Positions 28,836-39,545 of a DNA stretch of 58,184 nucleotides are shown here, one piece after another. The notes below the pieces were generated by a model. It did not search any database, was not told the origin of the DNA, and worked only from the letters and a program-made list of their open reading frames with translations. Numbering within the stretch: the first letter of the stretch is position 1; each line of letters begins with the position of its first letter. The position numbers and the translations under genes are program-made. Location of the stretch: positions 1-58,184 of the forward strand of contig DATHPX010000283.1 of assembly GCA_035483335.1 (NCBI GenBank), read 5' to 3'. Origin of the DNA: Caulobacteraceae bacterium (GTDB taxonomy: Bacteria > Pseudomonadota > Alphaproteobacteria > Caulobacterales > Caulobacteraceae).

Positions 28836-30899
28836 TCAGATCGCGACCTCGGCGCGCCGAACCCCCGTCGCTCGCCAGCTCGCCACCGCCGGTGTCACCG
28901 CCGAGACGACCGTGCCGGACGCGTCGGAGCGAATGTTCAAGCGGCCGCCAAGCTGAGCGATCCGCGCGCGCATCCCCGGAATGCCGACGCCCAGTAGCAC
29001 TTGATCACCCTCGCCGCGGGCGGGCCTGGGCATGCCGCGCCCATCATCGGCGATCCTCAGGCGCAGCCTGGTCGAGCGGCGGACGACTTCGATGGCGACC
29101 GACCTGGCGTCCGCATGGCGATAGACGTTCGACACCGCCTCCTGCACGACGCGATAGACCGCGTGAGAGACGTCCTGGCCCACGTCGTCGATCGGCCCGT
29201 CCGTCTGCAGGGCGATGCGCAGTCCGGATCGCGCGCCGAACCCCCGTACGAACGCCTCGAGCGTCGCCTGCAGACCGTCCCGTTCGAGGGCGGGCGGCTT
29301 CATCAGATACGACAGGACCCGGACCTCCTTCACGGCCTCCTGGAGCGACTTCGACATGTCGTCGAGAACCTCGCGGGTCTGCTGGTTCTTCCCCGTCAGC
29401 CGGCGCAGACGTGTGACCCCCAGTCCAAGCGCCGCCAAATGCTGGCTCGTGGAGTCGTGAAGCTCCACGGCGATCCGCTGGCGTTCTCGTTCCTGCGCCG
29501 AAAGCAGCTGCTCACCGATGCTGCGGAGCGCCGCCTGGGCCTGGGACGCTTCGGTCAGGTCTTCCTGGAAGGCGATCAGGCGTTGCGTCGCGCCGATCTT
29601 CAGCGGAGCCACGCGCAGCTGACGCCACTTCACGCCGCCCGAGCGCCTGTCGAGGTAGACGTGGCTAAGGCAAGGCTCGCGTCCGTCCGCGACGTCCTCC
29701 AAGCCGCATTCCAATGCGTAGTCGTCGAAATCGTCGACCAGGGCCCGACAGAATTCGATGTAGGGGGCGCCGACGCGGACCGGGAGATCTAGCGCCGCCA
29801 TGGCTTCGCGGCACGCCGAGTTGGCCCAGACGATGCGCGCGCTCATGTCCAGAAGCGCAACCTCCGCCGGCAGCGCATCGCAAACCGCCTCGAGCACATC
29901 TGTCGAGCCTCTCGCCGTCAGTTCTGACTGTTCGCCGTTGGCGTAGGCGGCGCCCGACAATGAGCCCTCAGATTCTAGCCGAGCCGCTTCGTCGGAGTTC
30001 GAGCCGCCCTGACCTGAAGTGTCCGTAAGGGCGCTCGTCTGCATCGCCGTTTTGCGCTCATGCACATCGGTCGCCACGCCGTACCAGCGGCGACCGCCGG
30101 AGCTTTCCACCAGTTCAGCGCGGAGCCTGAACCATCGCCACGCGCCGTCGCTGCGCCGGACCCGAGCGTCGAGGGTGCTGAAGGTGGCGCCCGAGGCCAG
30201 CTTCCCCTGGAGCATCAACATCGCGCGGTCATCCGGATGGAGGGCGGCGAGCAAGCGATCTGGAGGCGCGTCGAACGGCAGGCCAGCGTAGCTGAAGAAA
30301 CTCGAGGCGATCCTGTCGGGCCATCCGCCCTCGAAGGCCGTGAACTGGAGGATCGGACCGGTCTCAGCGCCAGGCGAGACTTGCTCGCCCGTTTCGTCAG
30401 CGGTCGACCCGCCCTTCGCGGACTCCGACAACGGGAAGGCGCTGCCGAGGATCAGGGTCCCTTCGCCGCTCACCTCGCGGACCGGTGTCAGGGTCATGAC
30501 GAAGCGCCGATGAACCGGTTTCATCGGCTCGGGAGCAACGTAACGGACGGGCGAGCCTGTCTCGACGCACTGGCGGCACAGCAGGCGCGCAAGGCTCACG
30601 CCACACGCCGGCAGGGCCTCTTCGATGGTCTTTCCAACCAGGTTGAATGCCGAAAGGCCCGTGGCCGCTTCGAACGCAGCGTTGACGCCCTCGAAGACGA
30701 ACGTCTCGCCACTCACGCGCAGGGCCATGAGAACGACCGGTCGCGTCAGCGGGGCGGACACCGGAGATTGAGGCGGATCCTGGACCGCGGCGGGGTCAAC
30801 GTCGGGCGAGCTCCTGAGCGCCCTCGACTCCAACGAGAGGCTCGGGTCGCCTACAAAACTCGCGGCTGAGCCACCGTCCGGTCTCATCCGTAGTACCAA
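28836..30899 (-). CDS. Cytoplasmic PAS-domain histidine kinase (HisKA_3, NarX/UhpB type)
   Basis: LHPDDR, DGAWRWF (PAS/PAC), ERERQRIAVELHD, QEAVSNVYRH, DDGRG, GVGIPGMR; no TM segment seen; start uncertain. Confidence 0.9.
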   Translation of the reverse strand: MVLRMRPDGGSAASFVGDPSLSLESRALRSSPDVDPAAVQDPPQSPVSAPLTRPVVLMALRVSGETFVFEGVNAAFEAATGLSAFNLVGKTIEEALPACGVSLARLLCRQCVETGSPVRYVAPEPMKPVHRRFVMTLTPVREVSGEGTLILGSAFPLSESAKGGSTADETGEQVSPGAETGPILQFTAFEGGWPDRIASSFFSYAGLPFDAPPDRLLAALHPDDRAMLMLQGKLASGATFSTLDARVRRSDGAWRWFRLRAELVESSGGRRWYGVATDVHERKTAMQTSALTDTSGQGGSNSDEAARLESEGSLSGAAYANGEQSELTARGSTDVLEAVCDALPAEVALLDMSARIVWANSACREAMAALDLPVRVGAPYIEFCRALVDDFDDYALECGLEDVADGREPCLSHVYLDRRSGGVKWRQLRVAPLKIGATQRLIAFQEDLTEASQAQAALRSIGEQLLSAQERERQRIAVELHDSTSQHLAALGLGVTRLRRLTGKNQQTREVLDDMSKSLQEAVKEVRVLSYLMKPPALERDGLQATLEAFVRGFGARSGLRIALQTDGPIDDVGQDVSHAVYRVVQEAVSNVYRHADARSVAIEVVRRSTRLRLRIADDGRGMPRPARGEGDQVLLGVGIPGMRARIAQLGGRLNIRSDASGTVVSAVTPAVASWRATGVRRAEVAI

Positions 30900-30987
30900 A
30901 CCCCCGGATCAACCTGATGCGTATATACCCTACTAGTCGAAACCCTTAGCTCTCGAATTGATCTCCCTCAGTCCCAGGAGATCGTGA

Positions 30988-31665
30988 TCATGCGCCAGTC
31001 GTCGCCGGCAACTTCCGTAAATCGCCAAATTCCGCCACGGCCTGCCTCGCCCAAGTCCTGAAAAGAGCCTCGAAATCCGCCCGATTGGAGACGCTGTTGC
31101 GGCTCCGACCGATGTCGTCACCGGCGAATCGCCTGTCCAGCACCCGTCCCAGCAGCGCTCCGGTCATGGAGTCTCTCGCCTCGACGACGAAAGTCCCGTA
31201 GCCAGCCTGGGATGCGATGACGGTTCGCCGGCCGGCGCCCCTGACATCCGGCGCATTGACGAAGATGTCGATCACACTGCTCTGCACACGGAGCACGTCC
31301 GGTCCGGGCTCGGTCACCACCTGATATCCGCCGTTGGAAAAGGCCCTGGCGAAGAGCGTGGTGGCCGACCTGGAACCCTGGTCGACCATGCGCTCGACAT
31401 CGCTGTCGCGGATCTGCGAGCTGACGCCTCGGCGTGTCCTGTTGAAGTCGCGCACGTAGTTCTTCCTGAAGGCGATCTGGACAGGATCGATCATGATCTT
31501 GTGGTATGGAGAGAAGTCCGCGCCCGGCGCCAGAAAGGCCAAGGCGAATCTTTTGGATTGTACCTGGACGAGACCATCCCATGTGGTCGAGGCCGCAGCG
31601 TATGCCGGCGCGGCGCAGACCGCGCAGGCGGCGATTGCCGTGAGTGCAAAGCTGCGGCGGTCCAT
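30988..31665 (-). CDS. DUF3313-like exported protein
   Basis: MDRRSF (Tat-like) signal; ADFSPYHKIMIDPV, PGPDVLRV, EARDSMTGALLGRVLD. Confidence 0.7.
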   Translation of the reverse strand: MDRRSFALTAIAACAVCAAPAYAAASTTWDGLVQVQSKRFALAFLAPGADFSPYHKIMIDPVQIAFRKNYVRDFNRTRRGVSSQIRDSDVERMVDQGSRSATTLFARAFSNGGYQVVTEPGPDVLRVQSSVIDIFVNAPDVRGAGRRTVIASQAGYGTFVVEARDSMTGALLGRVLDRRFAGDDIGRSRNSVSNRADFEALFRTWARQAVAEFGDLRKLPATTGA

Positions 31666-32057
31666 TGACGGCTCCCGTACTTCTGCGAGCGCAACGGTCA
31701 GGCGAAACCCGTGCCGGAACTATAGGTCAGAACCCGTACGTTACAATACGTCAAACCCGCAATCTAGCGCCTTGAATGTCACCGGCCCCAAAAATCCATT
31801 CGCGTTGCTTCCACAAGTAATTGAACTTCCGAGTGATTTTTACGTCGCCGATGTGTGGGGCGGACAACCCAAGGGTTCGAGGTCCGCAGACCTCGGGGTC
31901 TGACGAATCGCCACGATATCAGCCGCCGCGGCGCCGTTCTTTCACCGCCAGCGCAAGAGACGCCACCGCCCTCTGATCGGAGATGATCCAGGGTCAAGGC
32001 CGCCGTCACGGCCGGCCTGGGGCTGACCACAGGGAGAACGACCTTGGGCGCACCCGT

Positions 32058-33347
32058 CTAGGGCGTTCGGGTGGTCTGGCGGCGCGGTGAACCCAGGCCC
32101 TGAGGGTCTGCCACGAGCCCAGCCGCGCGGTCGACAGCGTCGAAACCTGCCCTATCCAGGGCTTCGTCGAGATGCTCGATGTAGGCGCGTACAGCTGCCC
32201 GCCTCTCGCCCAGCCGCAAGGTCCCCGCTAGGCCCTGCAGAGCCGCCCTGAGCCGGCGTTGGACCTGCAGCGAGCCGGCGCCGTACTGGCGGATCTCGTC
32301 GAAGGACAGCTCAAGATAGTCCTGCCAGGTGGGCGCCGGGAACACTACGCGCACTACACCCGCCTCGTCCCGAACGAGCCCTCGGGTGAGGCGCCGCATT
32401 CCCAGGCGCCGAAGAAGATCCTCGATCTGGTCGAGCGCCTGCACCGCCGTGGTTGGATCGTTGACGGCCGGCGACAACGCCCTGATCGCAACGTCCACGA
32501 GCAAACGGATCGCGTACCGCGGGTCCTGCTCGAATGTGCGAATGGCGCCCAGACGAATTCCGGCCCGTAACCGCGCCTCCGGGACATCGCCTGCCGCGCC
32601 GTGAACCGAGGCGAGCGGGGCTCCCTCCATCAGGGTGTCGCCGACCGAACACCGAAGGCCGATGACGGCCCGGGCGCTCCTGGCCAGATCCAGGAGGGCG
32701 CGAAGGTCGAACTCGGCGACGACCTTTGGCCGTCCAGCGTGAACGATCACTTGCCGCGGCGCGCCCTGGGGAAGCAATGGCTGGTCGGCAGCGCCCTCCT
32801 CGTCCTCCACATCCATGCGCGGCATCGCGTCCACCACGGCCCTGCCCCTGCTTCCGACCCCATCGAGAACCCACTGGATTTGCAGATCCCGGATGCTGTG
32901 GATCAGCCAGGCGAAGGCCAGCATGCTGATCACCATCAGGATCCCGACGACGATCGTCGACAGGAGCGGCGCGGAGTCGGAGCCGCCACGCCCGGACCAG
33001 TTCAGAGCGGCCAGGGCGTAGGTGAAGGTCGCGAAAAAGATTCCCAGTGCGTGGAAGACGTGCGGCCGCTGAAAGAGGATGGCCGCCAGGCGAGGCGAAT
33101 AGGCCGCGGCGCTGAACTGAACGGCCATGAGGGCGATGGCGAAGACGATGCCCGTGAAGGCCAGCATCCCGGAGGCGATCGCCGAGAAGAACTGCCGCGC
33201 CGAGTCGAGGGCGATCGACGTCACATGCTCGGGCAGATATGCGTGCTCGATGCGCGGAAGAACCATCGCAGCGACAACGCTCGCCACAATGTAAATCATG
33301 GGTATGGCCCATACCGGAGGCCATGCGATCCGCATCCTCGGGCCCAT
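32058..33347 (-). CDS. DUF2254 membrane protein
   Basis: QFSAAAYSPRL, RTFEQDP, DVAIRALSPAVNDPTTA, FDEIRQYG. Confidence 0.9.
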   Translation of the reverse strand: MGPRMRIAWPPVWAIPMIYIVASVVAAMVLPRIEHAYLPEHVTSIALDSARQFFSAIASGMLAFTGIVFAIALMAVQFSAAAYSPRLAAILFQRPHVFHALGIFFATFTYALAALNWSGRGGSDSAPLLSTIVVGILMVISMLAFAWLIHSIRDLQIQWVLDGVGSRGRAVVDAMPRMDVEDEEGAADQPLLPQGAPRQVIVHAGRPKVVAEFDLRALLDLARSARAVIGLRCSVGDTLMEGAPLASVHGAAGDVPEARLRAGIRLGAIRTFEQDPRYAIRLLVDVAIRALSPAVNDPTTAVQALDQIEDLLRRLGMRRLTRGLVRDEAGVVRVVFPAPTWQDYLELSFDEIRQYGAGSLQVQRRLRAALQGLAGTLRLGERRAAVRAYIEHLDEALDRAGFDAVDRAAGLVADPQGLGSPRRQTTRTP

Positions 33348-33358
33348 GATGCGTGCTT

Positions 33359-34174
33359 TCAGTAACGTTCGGCGATGAAGTGGCGCCCCTCGAGCGGCGT
33401 CTGGTCGTCGTAACGCGCCTTCAGCTGGCGCTTCGATAACTTAACCTTTTCACGCTTGATTTTCTCATAAGGAATGAGAGAGAGAATGTGCGAGATTCCG
33501 TTTAGTCTGGCACGTTTCTTGTCATCGGATCTGAGAATGAACCAGGGCGCATATTCGGTGTCGGTCGCCTCAAACATGAGGTCGCGCGCCCGCGAATAGT
33601 CATACCAGCGCCCATAAGACTGCACATCCATCGGACTGAGCTTCCACTGGCGCAATGGGTCGTTGATGCGCGCCGAAAAGCGACGATCTTGCTCGTCCTT
33701 GCCGACCTCGAGCCAGATCTTGATCAGGATGATTCCAGAATCGACAATCCAATGCTCGGCCTCCGGGCAGTTCTCAAGGAATTTGTGGTGTTCTTCTGGA
33801 GTGCAGAAGCCCATGACATATTCAACGCCGGCTCGATTGTACCAACTGCGGTCGAAAATCACGATTTCACCGCCGGTCGGGAAGTGTTCAATATAGCGTT
33901 GCATGTATAGCTGGGTCTTCTCACGCTCGGACGGCGCCGGCAGGGCCACCACCCGGAACACCCTTGGACTGACTCGTTCCGTGATGGCCTTGATGATACC
34001 GCCCTTCCCCGCGGCGTCACGCCCTTCGAATACAATGATCACACGGCCACCAGTCGCTTTCGCCCAGTCCTGCACGTAGCAGAGCTGAACCTGCAGCTCC
34101 CTCAGCTGCTCGAGGTACTCTTTCGTCTTGAGCTTGTGCGGACGGCGGTCGTCCTCGGTCTTGGCGTCCATCAT
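33359..34174 (-). CDS. ppk2: Polyphosphate kinase 2 (single-domain)
   Basis: FEGRDAAGKGG, FDRSWYNRAGVE, WKLSPMD, DDKKRARLN; ATGA overlap with the upstream OMF gene. Confidence 0.95.
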   Translation of the reverse strand: MMDAKTEDDRRPHKLKTKEYLEQLRELQVQLCYVQDWAKATGGRVIIVFEGRDAAGKGGIIKAITERVSPRVFRVVALPAPSEREKTQLYMQRYIEHFPTGGEIVIFDRSWYNRAGVEYVMGFCTPEEHHKFLENCPEAEHWIVDSGIILIKIWLEVGKDEQDRRFSARINDPLRQWKLSPMDVQSYGRWYDYSRARDLMFEATDTEYAPWFILRSDDKKRARLNGISHILSLIPYEKIKREKVKLSKRQLKARYDDQTPLEGRHFIAERY

Positions 34175-35634
34175 CGACTCCCGCCGCTCGGCGCCCCCGC
34201 GACAGCGGCCTGCGCGTGCAGCATCCATTGGTCGTCGGTCAGTTTCCATCCTCCGCCGAGCGCCTTGTAGAGATTGACGACCGCCAGCAATTGGTCGCGT
34301 TCGGTCTGGGCCAGTTGCGCCTCGGCCGGGAACAGCTCCTGCTGCGCCTGCAGCACTTCGAAATAGCTCGCCCGGCCCGAGTCATAGCGAACAGACGCCA
34401 GGTCGATGGAACTCTGCAGCGCCGCGATCTGGCTCTCGAGCGCTGTCCTCCGGCCCACCAACGTCTGCTGGGCCGCCAGGGCGTCTGAGGTCTCCTGAAA
34501 GGCGATGATTATGGTCTTCCTGTACTGGACGACCATCTCGTCCCATTCGGCCCGGCGCTGCCGCTCTTCAGCCTGCAGCCGTCCGCCGGTGAAAATCGGA
34601 CCCGCGACGCTGAGCGCCGCGCTCCACACGCCAAATCCGTCGAACATGTCGTTGATCACCGCGCCGATCCCGCCGCCGAAGGCCGAAAGCCCCACCCGCG
34701 GGAAGAAGTTGGCTATCGCCACGCCGATCTGGGCGTTGGCGCCGACCATCTGCTGTTCCGCCGCCATTATGTCGGGCCGCCGCTCCAGCAGCACTGTCGT
34801 GGCCCCGAGCGGCGTCTCGGGCATCGTTTGGGCGGTCAGGATCTCCCCACGCGGAATGTCCTTGGGATAAGCGCCGACGAGCACGCTGAGCGCATTCTCC
34901 TGTATCGCGATCTCGCGCTGCAGGTCCTGGACCTTCGATTGGCTGGCGGAGTAGTTCGCCAGGCTGCGCTGGACCGGCAGATTGCTGTCGCGGCCGGCCT
35001 TGTAACGGTCGGTGAAGAGGTCAAGCGTATGACCGAAGACCCGCTCGCTCTCCCGAGCAATGGCGAGCTCCCGGTCGAGCTCCACGAGGCGGAAGTAGCC
35101 GGTCGCGATATCCGTCACGAGGCTCAGCATCACTCCGCGTCGCACATCCTCCCGGGCGAGCAGTTCGGCTTGAGCCGCTTCAGTGGAGTGCTTGATCCGC
35201 CCCCACAGGTCGAGTTCCCAGGCCGCGTTTATGACGCCTCCAAGCGTTCCATACTCGATCGTGCCAATTCCAACTGGGTCGACCGTGAAGGCCGTCTGGC
35301 CCGTGATGCTCGTCTGGTAACCCAATTGCGGTTTGGCCTCGGATCTGGCCACCGAAACCAGGGCGCGGGCCTGTTCGATGTGGGTGATGGCGATCTTCAG
35401 GTCGTAGTTGTTAGCCAGCCCCTCCTGGATCAGCGCCTGCAGCGCCTTGTCGTGGAAGACGCTCCACCAGGGCAGGTCGGCGATCGACGCGGCTTCGGTG
35501 GGGGTCGCCTGCCCGCGGAACTGGGCAGGCACGGTCGTCTGCGGCCGCTCGTACTTGGGTCCGACCACGCAGCCCGCCAGCGCCAAAGCGGCCAGGACCG
35601 TTGTCGCCACGGATCTCGTCAGCGCTTTCTTCAT
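34171..35634 (-). CDS. NodT/OprM-family outer membrane efflux lipoprotein
   Basis: Lipobox LAGC, WWSVF.D..L, WELDLWG, RRPDI, LYKALGGGW. Confidence 0.93.
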   Translation of the reverse strand: MKKALTRSVATTVLAALALAGCVVGPKYERPQTTVPAQFRGQATPTEAASIADLPWWSVFHDKALQALIQEGLANNYDLKIAITHIEQARALVSVARSEAKPQLGYQTSITGQTAFTVDPVGIGTIEYGTLGGVINAAWELDLWGRIKHSTEAAQAELLAREDVRRGVMLSLVTDIATGYFRLVELDRELAIARESERVFGHTLDLFTDRYKAGRDSNLPVQRSLANYSASQSKVQDLQREIAIQENALSVLVGAYPKDIPRGEILTAQTMPETPLGATTVLLERRPDIMAAEQQMVGANAQIGVAIANFFPRVGLSAFGGGIGAVINDMFDGFGVWSAALSVAGPIFTGGRLQAEERQRRAEWDEMVVQYRKTIIIAFQETSDALAAQQTLVGRRTALESQIAALQSSIDLASVRYDSGRASYFEVLQAQQELFPAEAQLAQTERDQLLAVVNLYKALGGGWKLTDDQWMLHAQAAVAGAPSGGSR

Positions 35635-35648
35635 CGGCCGCGCTCCTT

Positions 35649-36779
35649 TCACTGGACCGCCGCAAGCATTTTTCTGAAGCGGGATAGGGTGAAGACTGTG
35701 TAGGCCGCACCGATGGCGAACATCTTGGCCATGGAGGGCCAGACCATTCCGAAGGTGGCGTTGCGGAACAACACCGCCTGCGAGAAGGCGACGAAGTGGG
35801 TCGAAGGCACCAGCTGCATGAACTTCTGCAGCGCGACCGGCATGCTCTCCAGCGGCGTCTGGCCGCCGGAGAGCAGGATCATCACCAGGAACACCGGGAA
35901 GGCGAGAAGACCGAACTGGGGCATCGACCGAACCAGCGTCGCCAGCATGATGCCCAGCGCCGTGACCGAGAACAGGTAGATGGCGAGACCCGCGGCAAAG
36001 AGCGGGACCGACGTGAGCTCCACCGGCACTCCAATCGCCCATTGGACCACCAGGAAGAGCGAGGCCAATGCTGCGACAACCACCACAAGTCCGTTGGCCC
36101 AGATCTTGGCGAACATCAGCTCGAAGGGCTGAAGCGGCATAACGAGCAGGTGCTCGATGTTGCCGTGTTCGCGCTCACGCAGCACAGCCGCGCCGGTGAG
36201 AAAGATCGCCAGCACCGAGATGTTGTTGATCACCTGGTTGATCGCGACGAACCAGCTCTGCTGGTAGTTGGCGTTGAAGCGCCCACGCGTCTCGAGGTTG
36301 ATCAGCCGCTTGTTTACAGCTTGGCCCGCTCCGGACCAGAACGGCTCGACCGCCGGTGTGATAATATTCTGGATGTAGCCCGGCCCCCGCCCCGCCTGGC
36401 TCATCGCTGTGGCGTCGGTGACGATCTGCACTTCTGGCTTCGAGTCGCGTGCAAGGTCATGCTGGAACCGCGGAGGCACGTCCACGACGAAGGTGTACTT
36501 GCTCGTGTCCATCGCGTGATTGATGTCATCGAAGCTGATCTCTGCAGCCGGCAGGAAGAGCGGCGGCAGCATCGATTGCTGAATGGTTCGCGCCGCTTCC
36601 GAATTGTCCTCGTCGACGATGGCGATCGACGCATTGACCACATCCATCACCGCACTCTTGGACGGCGTGTACACCGAGAATGTGAAGGCGTAGGCGATCA
36701 GGAACAGCAGCACCGGATCGCGCGCCAGGCTGAGCCCCTCCTTCAGGCCCAGCTGGAAGATGTGCCAGACCTTGGTCAT
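35649..36779 (-). CDS. yhhJ: ABC-2 permease YhhJ-like
   Basis: AIVDEDNS, DATAMSQAG, LTGAAVLREREHGNIEHLLVMP, LSGGQTPLESMP. Confidence 0.85.
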   Translation of the reverse strand: MTKVWHIFQLGLKEGLSLARDPVLLFLIAYAFTFSVYTPSKSAVMDVVNASIAIVDEDNSEAARTIQQSMLPPLFLPAAEISFDDINHAMDTSKYTFVVDVPPRFQHDLARDSKPEVQIVTDATAMSQAGRGPGYIQNIITPAVEPFWSGAGQAVNKRLINLETRGRFNANYQQSWFVAINQVINNISVLAIFLTGAAVLREREHGNIEHLLVMPLQPFELMFAKIWANGLVVVVAALASLFLVVQWAIGVPVELTSVPLFAAGLAIYLFSVTALGIMLATLVRSMPQFGLLAFPVFLVMILLSGGQTPLESMPVALQKFMQLVPSTHFVAFSQAVLFRNATFGMVWPSMAKMFAIGAAYTVFTLSRFRKMLAAVQ

Positions 36780-36782
36780 GGC

Positions 36783-39545
36783 TCACGCCTCCTGCTTCTT
36801 CAGCAGGATGGCCGACAGGCTGAAATAGGCGACCGCGATCACCGCCAGGGCGACGATGTTCGGCCACAGCGTGTTAAACCCGAGAGCCTTGGTGAACGTG
36901 CCGACACTGACAGCCTGGAAGTAGGTGCTTGGGAAGATCTTTGCGGCCAGGGCGGCAGTTCCGGTCAGCGACGACACCGGCACGAACAAGCCGGAGAACT
37001 GGACCGCCGGCAGGATCGCGATGATCGCCGCTGCGAAGATGGCGGCTGTCTGGGTCGCGGCGAACACCGAAATCAGCAGGCCAAAGCCGGTGCTGGCCAG
37101 AACATAGATGACGCCGCCGAGGGCCAGGGTCAGCAGGCTGCCCTTGACCGGCACTTGGAACAGCAGCACCGCGAGCACGACAAGGCTGGCGAACTGGATC
37201 AGCGAGACGACAACATAGGGCAGCTGCTTGCCGAGCAAGAACTCGCTCTTGGTCGCCGGCGCTGCGTAGAAGTTGGCGATCGAGCCTAGCTCCCTCTCGC
37301 GCACAACGCTGAGCGCCGTCAGCATGCTCGGGATCAACATCAGCAAGAGCATGATGTCGCCGGGCACCATGGCGTAGATGCTGCTGAATGACTGATTGTA
37401 GAGGGCGCGGACATTGACCTTGACCGGTTGAGGCGCCTGCGGAATTCCGCGATCCTGCCGCCAGCGTTGCTCGAACTGGCTCGTACTCGCCTCTACGTAG
37501 CTGCGTGCGGTCTCGGCCCGGAACGGCAGCGCCGCATCCACATAGGCCATCACGGACGGTTGGCGTGCCCGGATCAGGTCTCTCTCGAAGCCGGCGGGTA
37601 TCTCCAGGGCGAACCGGAGCTCACCGTTGCGCAGCCGTCGTTCGAGCTCCCCATAGTCGTAGATCGGCGCTTTCTCGTCGTAGTAGATCGAGCCTCGGAA
37701 GGAGTCAGCGTACTGCTCGCTGGCCTGGGTCCTGTCGAAGTCCAGCACAGCAAAACTAAGGTGATTGACGTCCAGCGAGATGCCGTAGCCAAACACGACC
37801 ATCAAGAGCAGCGGCCCGAAAATGGCGAACAGCAAACGGACGGTGTCGTGCCTCAGCTCGATCGCCTCCCTTCGGGCAAAAGCCCAGACCCGTGAGACGC
37901 TGAAACGGCCCGCCTCGGGCCCCTCGTGGCTTTCCATCGCCCCGGGCGGCGGGATCTGGACCTCAGGGGCCGCCGCGGCGCCCGGCGCAGGCGCGGTCTG
38001 GTCCTTGGCCGCATCCTCGAGATAGCCGATGAACGCCGCCTCGAGGTTAGGCGCCCCGCGCTCGGCCACGAGGTCTGCGGGTTTACCCTGCGCGAGCACC
38101 TTTCCCCGGTGCATCATCGACATGCGGTCGCAGCGCTCGGCCTCGTTCATGAAATGGGTCGAGAGGAAGATGGTGACCCCGTTCTCGCGCGAGAGCCGGA
38201 TCAACAGCTCCCAGAAGCCGTCGCGCGCGACCGGGTCCACGCCCGAGGTCGGCTCGTCGAGGATCAGCACCTGAGGCTCGTGGAGGACGGCCACGGCCAG
38301 GGACAGCCGCTGGCGAATCCCAAGCGGCAGGCTCTCGGCCAGGGTGTCGGCCACGTCTTCGAGACCAAAATCTACGAGCAGCTGATTGACCCGGGCCTTT
38401 CCCTTGTCCTCGGGCAGATCGAACAGGCGGGCGTGCAGCATCAGGTTCTGCCGCACCGTCAGCTCGGTGTAGAGCGAGAAGGCCTGGGACATGAAGCCGA
38501 CATCGCGCCGGGCCTCGATGTCGCCACCCTTCACCGGACGCCCAAACAGCTCGGCCGTGCCCTCCGTCGGTGGGAGAAGCCCGGTCAGCATCTTCATTGT
38601 CGTGGTCTTGCCGCAGCCATTCGAGCCCAGGAAACCAAAGATCTCACCCGGCTCGATGCGGAAGTTCACGTGGTCGACGGCCGTGAAGGCGCCGAACCGC
38701 TGCGTTAGACCTTCAGCTGCGATCGCCGGCGGTCCCCCCGTCGGCTGGTAAGGCGTGATCACCGGTTCGCGGTGGCCGCGGCGCACCTCCTCGGGCAGGA
38801 GGCGGATGAAGGCTTTCTCCAGCGTGGGCTGGCCCACGCTCTCGCGCATTTCCTGTGGCGTACCGGTGCTCATGACCGTGCCGGCGTTCATGGCGACGAG
38901 CCATTCGAAGCCCTCGGCCTCGTCCATGTAGGCCGTGGCCACCAGCACGCTCATTGTGGGGCGCCGCACTCGGATCCGGTCGATCAGTTCCCAGAATTGC
39001 CGTCTGGCGAGCGGATCAACGCCAGTGGTCGGCTCGTCCAGAATCAACAGGTCTGGATCGTGGATCAGAGAGCAGCAGAGCCCGAGCTTCTGCTTCATGC
39101 CGCCCGACAGCTTGCCCGCGGGGCGCTCGCGAAACGGCGCAAGGTCAGTTGAGACCAGCAGATCGTCGATCCGCCACTCGCGCTCCTCTCGCGATTGTCC
39201 AAACAGCCGCCCGAAGAAGTCGATGTTTTCGAAGATCGAAAGGGTCGGGTAGAGATTCTTGCCCAGGCCCTGAGGCAGATAGGCGATCCGGTGCGCCACC
39301 TCTGTGCGGAAACGTGGATCTGCGATGTCCCCGCCCAGCACCTCAACCTGGCCGCTCTGGATCTTGCGTACGCCCGCTAGCATGCCCAGGAGGGTCGACT
39401 TGCCGACCCCATCGGGACCGATCAGGCCGATCATCCTGTTGGCGGGGATCTCGAGGCTGACGTCGTCCAGGGCGACCGCCTTGCCGTAGAACTGAGAAAC
39501 CCCGCTGATACGCGCGACCATGGGGTCGCCGGCGGGGGCGTCCAT
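36783..39545 (-). CDS. rbbA: Ribosome-associated ATPase / ABC transporter RbbA-like (2 NBD + ABC-2 TMD)
   Basis: GPDGVGKS, PQGLGKNLY, LSGGMKQK; second NBD GSNGCGKT, LPLGIRQR; VVRERELGSIANFY. Confidence 0.9.
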   Translation of the reverse strand: MDAPAGDPMVARISGVSQFYGKAVALDDVSLEIPANRMIGLIGPDGVGKSTLLGMLAGVRKIQSGQVEVLGGDIADPRFRTEVAHRIAYLPQGLGKNLYPTLSIFENIDFFGRLFGQSREEREWRIDDLLVSTDLAPFRERPAGKLSGGMKQKLGLCCSLIHDPDLLILDEPTTGVDPLARRQFWELIDRIRVRRPTMSVLVATAYMDEAEGFEWLVAMNAGTVMSTGTPQEMRESVGQPTLEKAFIRLLPEEVRRGHREPVITPYQPTGGPPAIAAEGLTQRFGAFTAVDHVNFRIEPGEIFGFLGSNGCGKTTTMKMLTGLLPPTEGTAELFGRPVKGGDIEARRDVGFMSQAFSLYTELTVRQNLMLHARLFDLPEDKGKARVNQLLVDFGLEDVADTLAESLPLGIRQRLSLAVAVLHEPQVLILDEPTSGVDPVARDGFWELLIRLSRENGVTIFLSTHFMNEAERCDRMSMMHRGKVLAQGKPADLVAERGAPNLEAAFIGYLEDAAKDQTAPAPGAAAAPEVQIPPPGAMESHEGPEAGRFSVSRVWAFARREAIELRHDTVRLLFAIFGPLLLMVVFGYGISLDVNHLSFAVLDFDRTQASEQYADSFRGSIYYDEKAPIYDYGELERRLRNGELRFALEIPAGFERDLIRARQPSVMAYVDAALPFRAETARSYVEASTSQFEQRWRQDRGIPQAPQPVKVNVRALYNQSFSSIYAMVPGDIMLLLMLIPSMLTALSVVRERELGSIANFYAAPATKSEFLLGKQLPYVVVSLIQFASLVVLAVLLFQVPVKGSLLTLALGGVIYVLASTGFGLLISVFAATQTAAIFAAAIIAILPAVQFSGLFVPVSSLTGTAALAAKIFPSTYFQAVSVGTFTKALGFNTLWPNIVALAVIAVAYFSLSAILLKKQEA

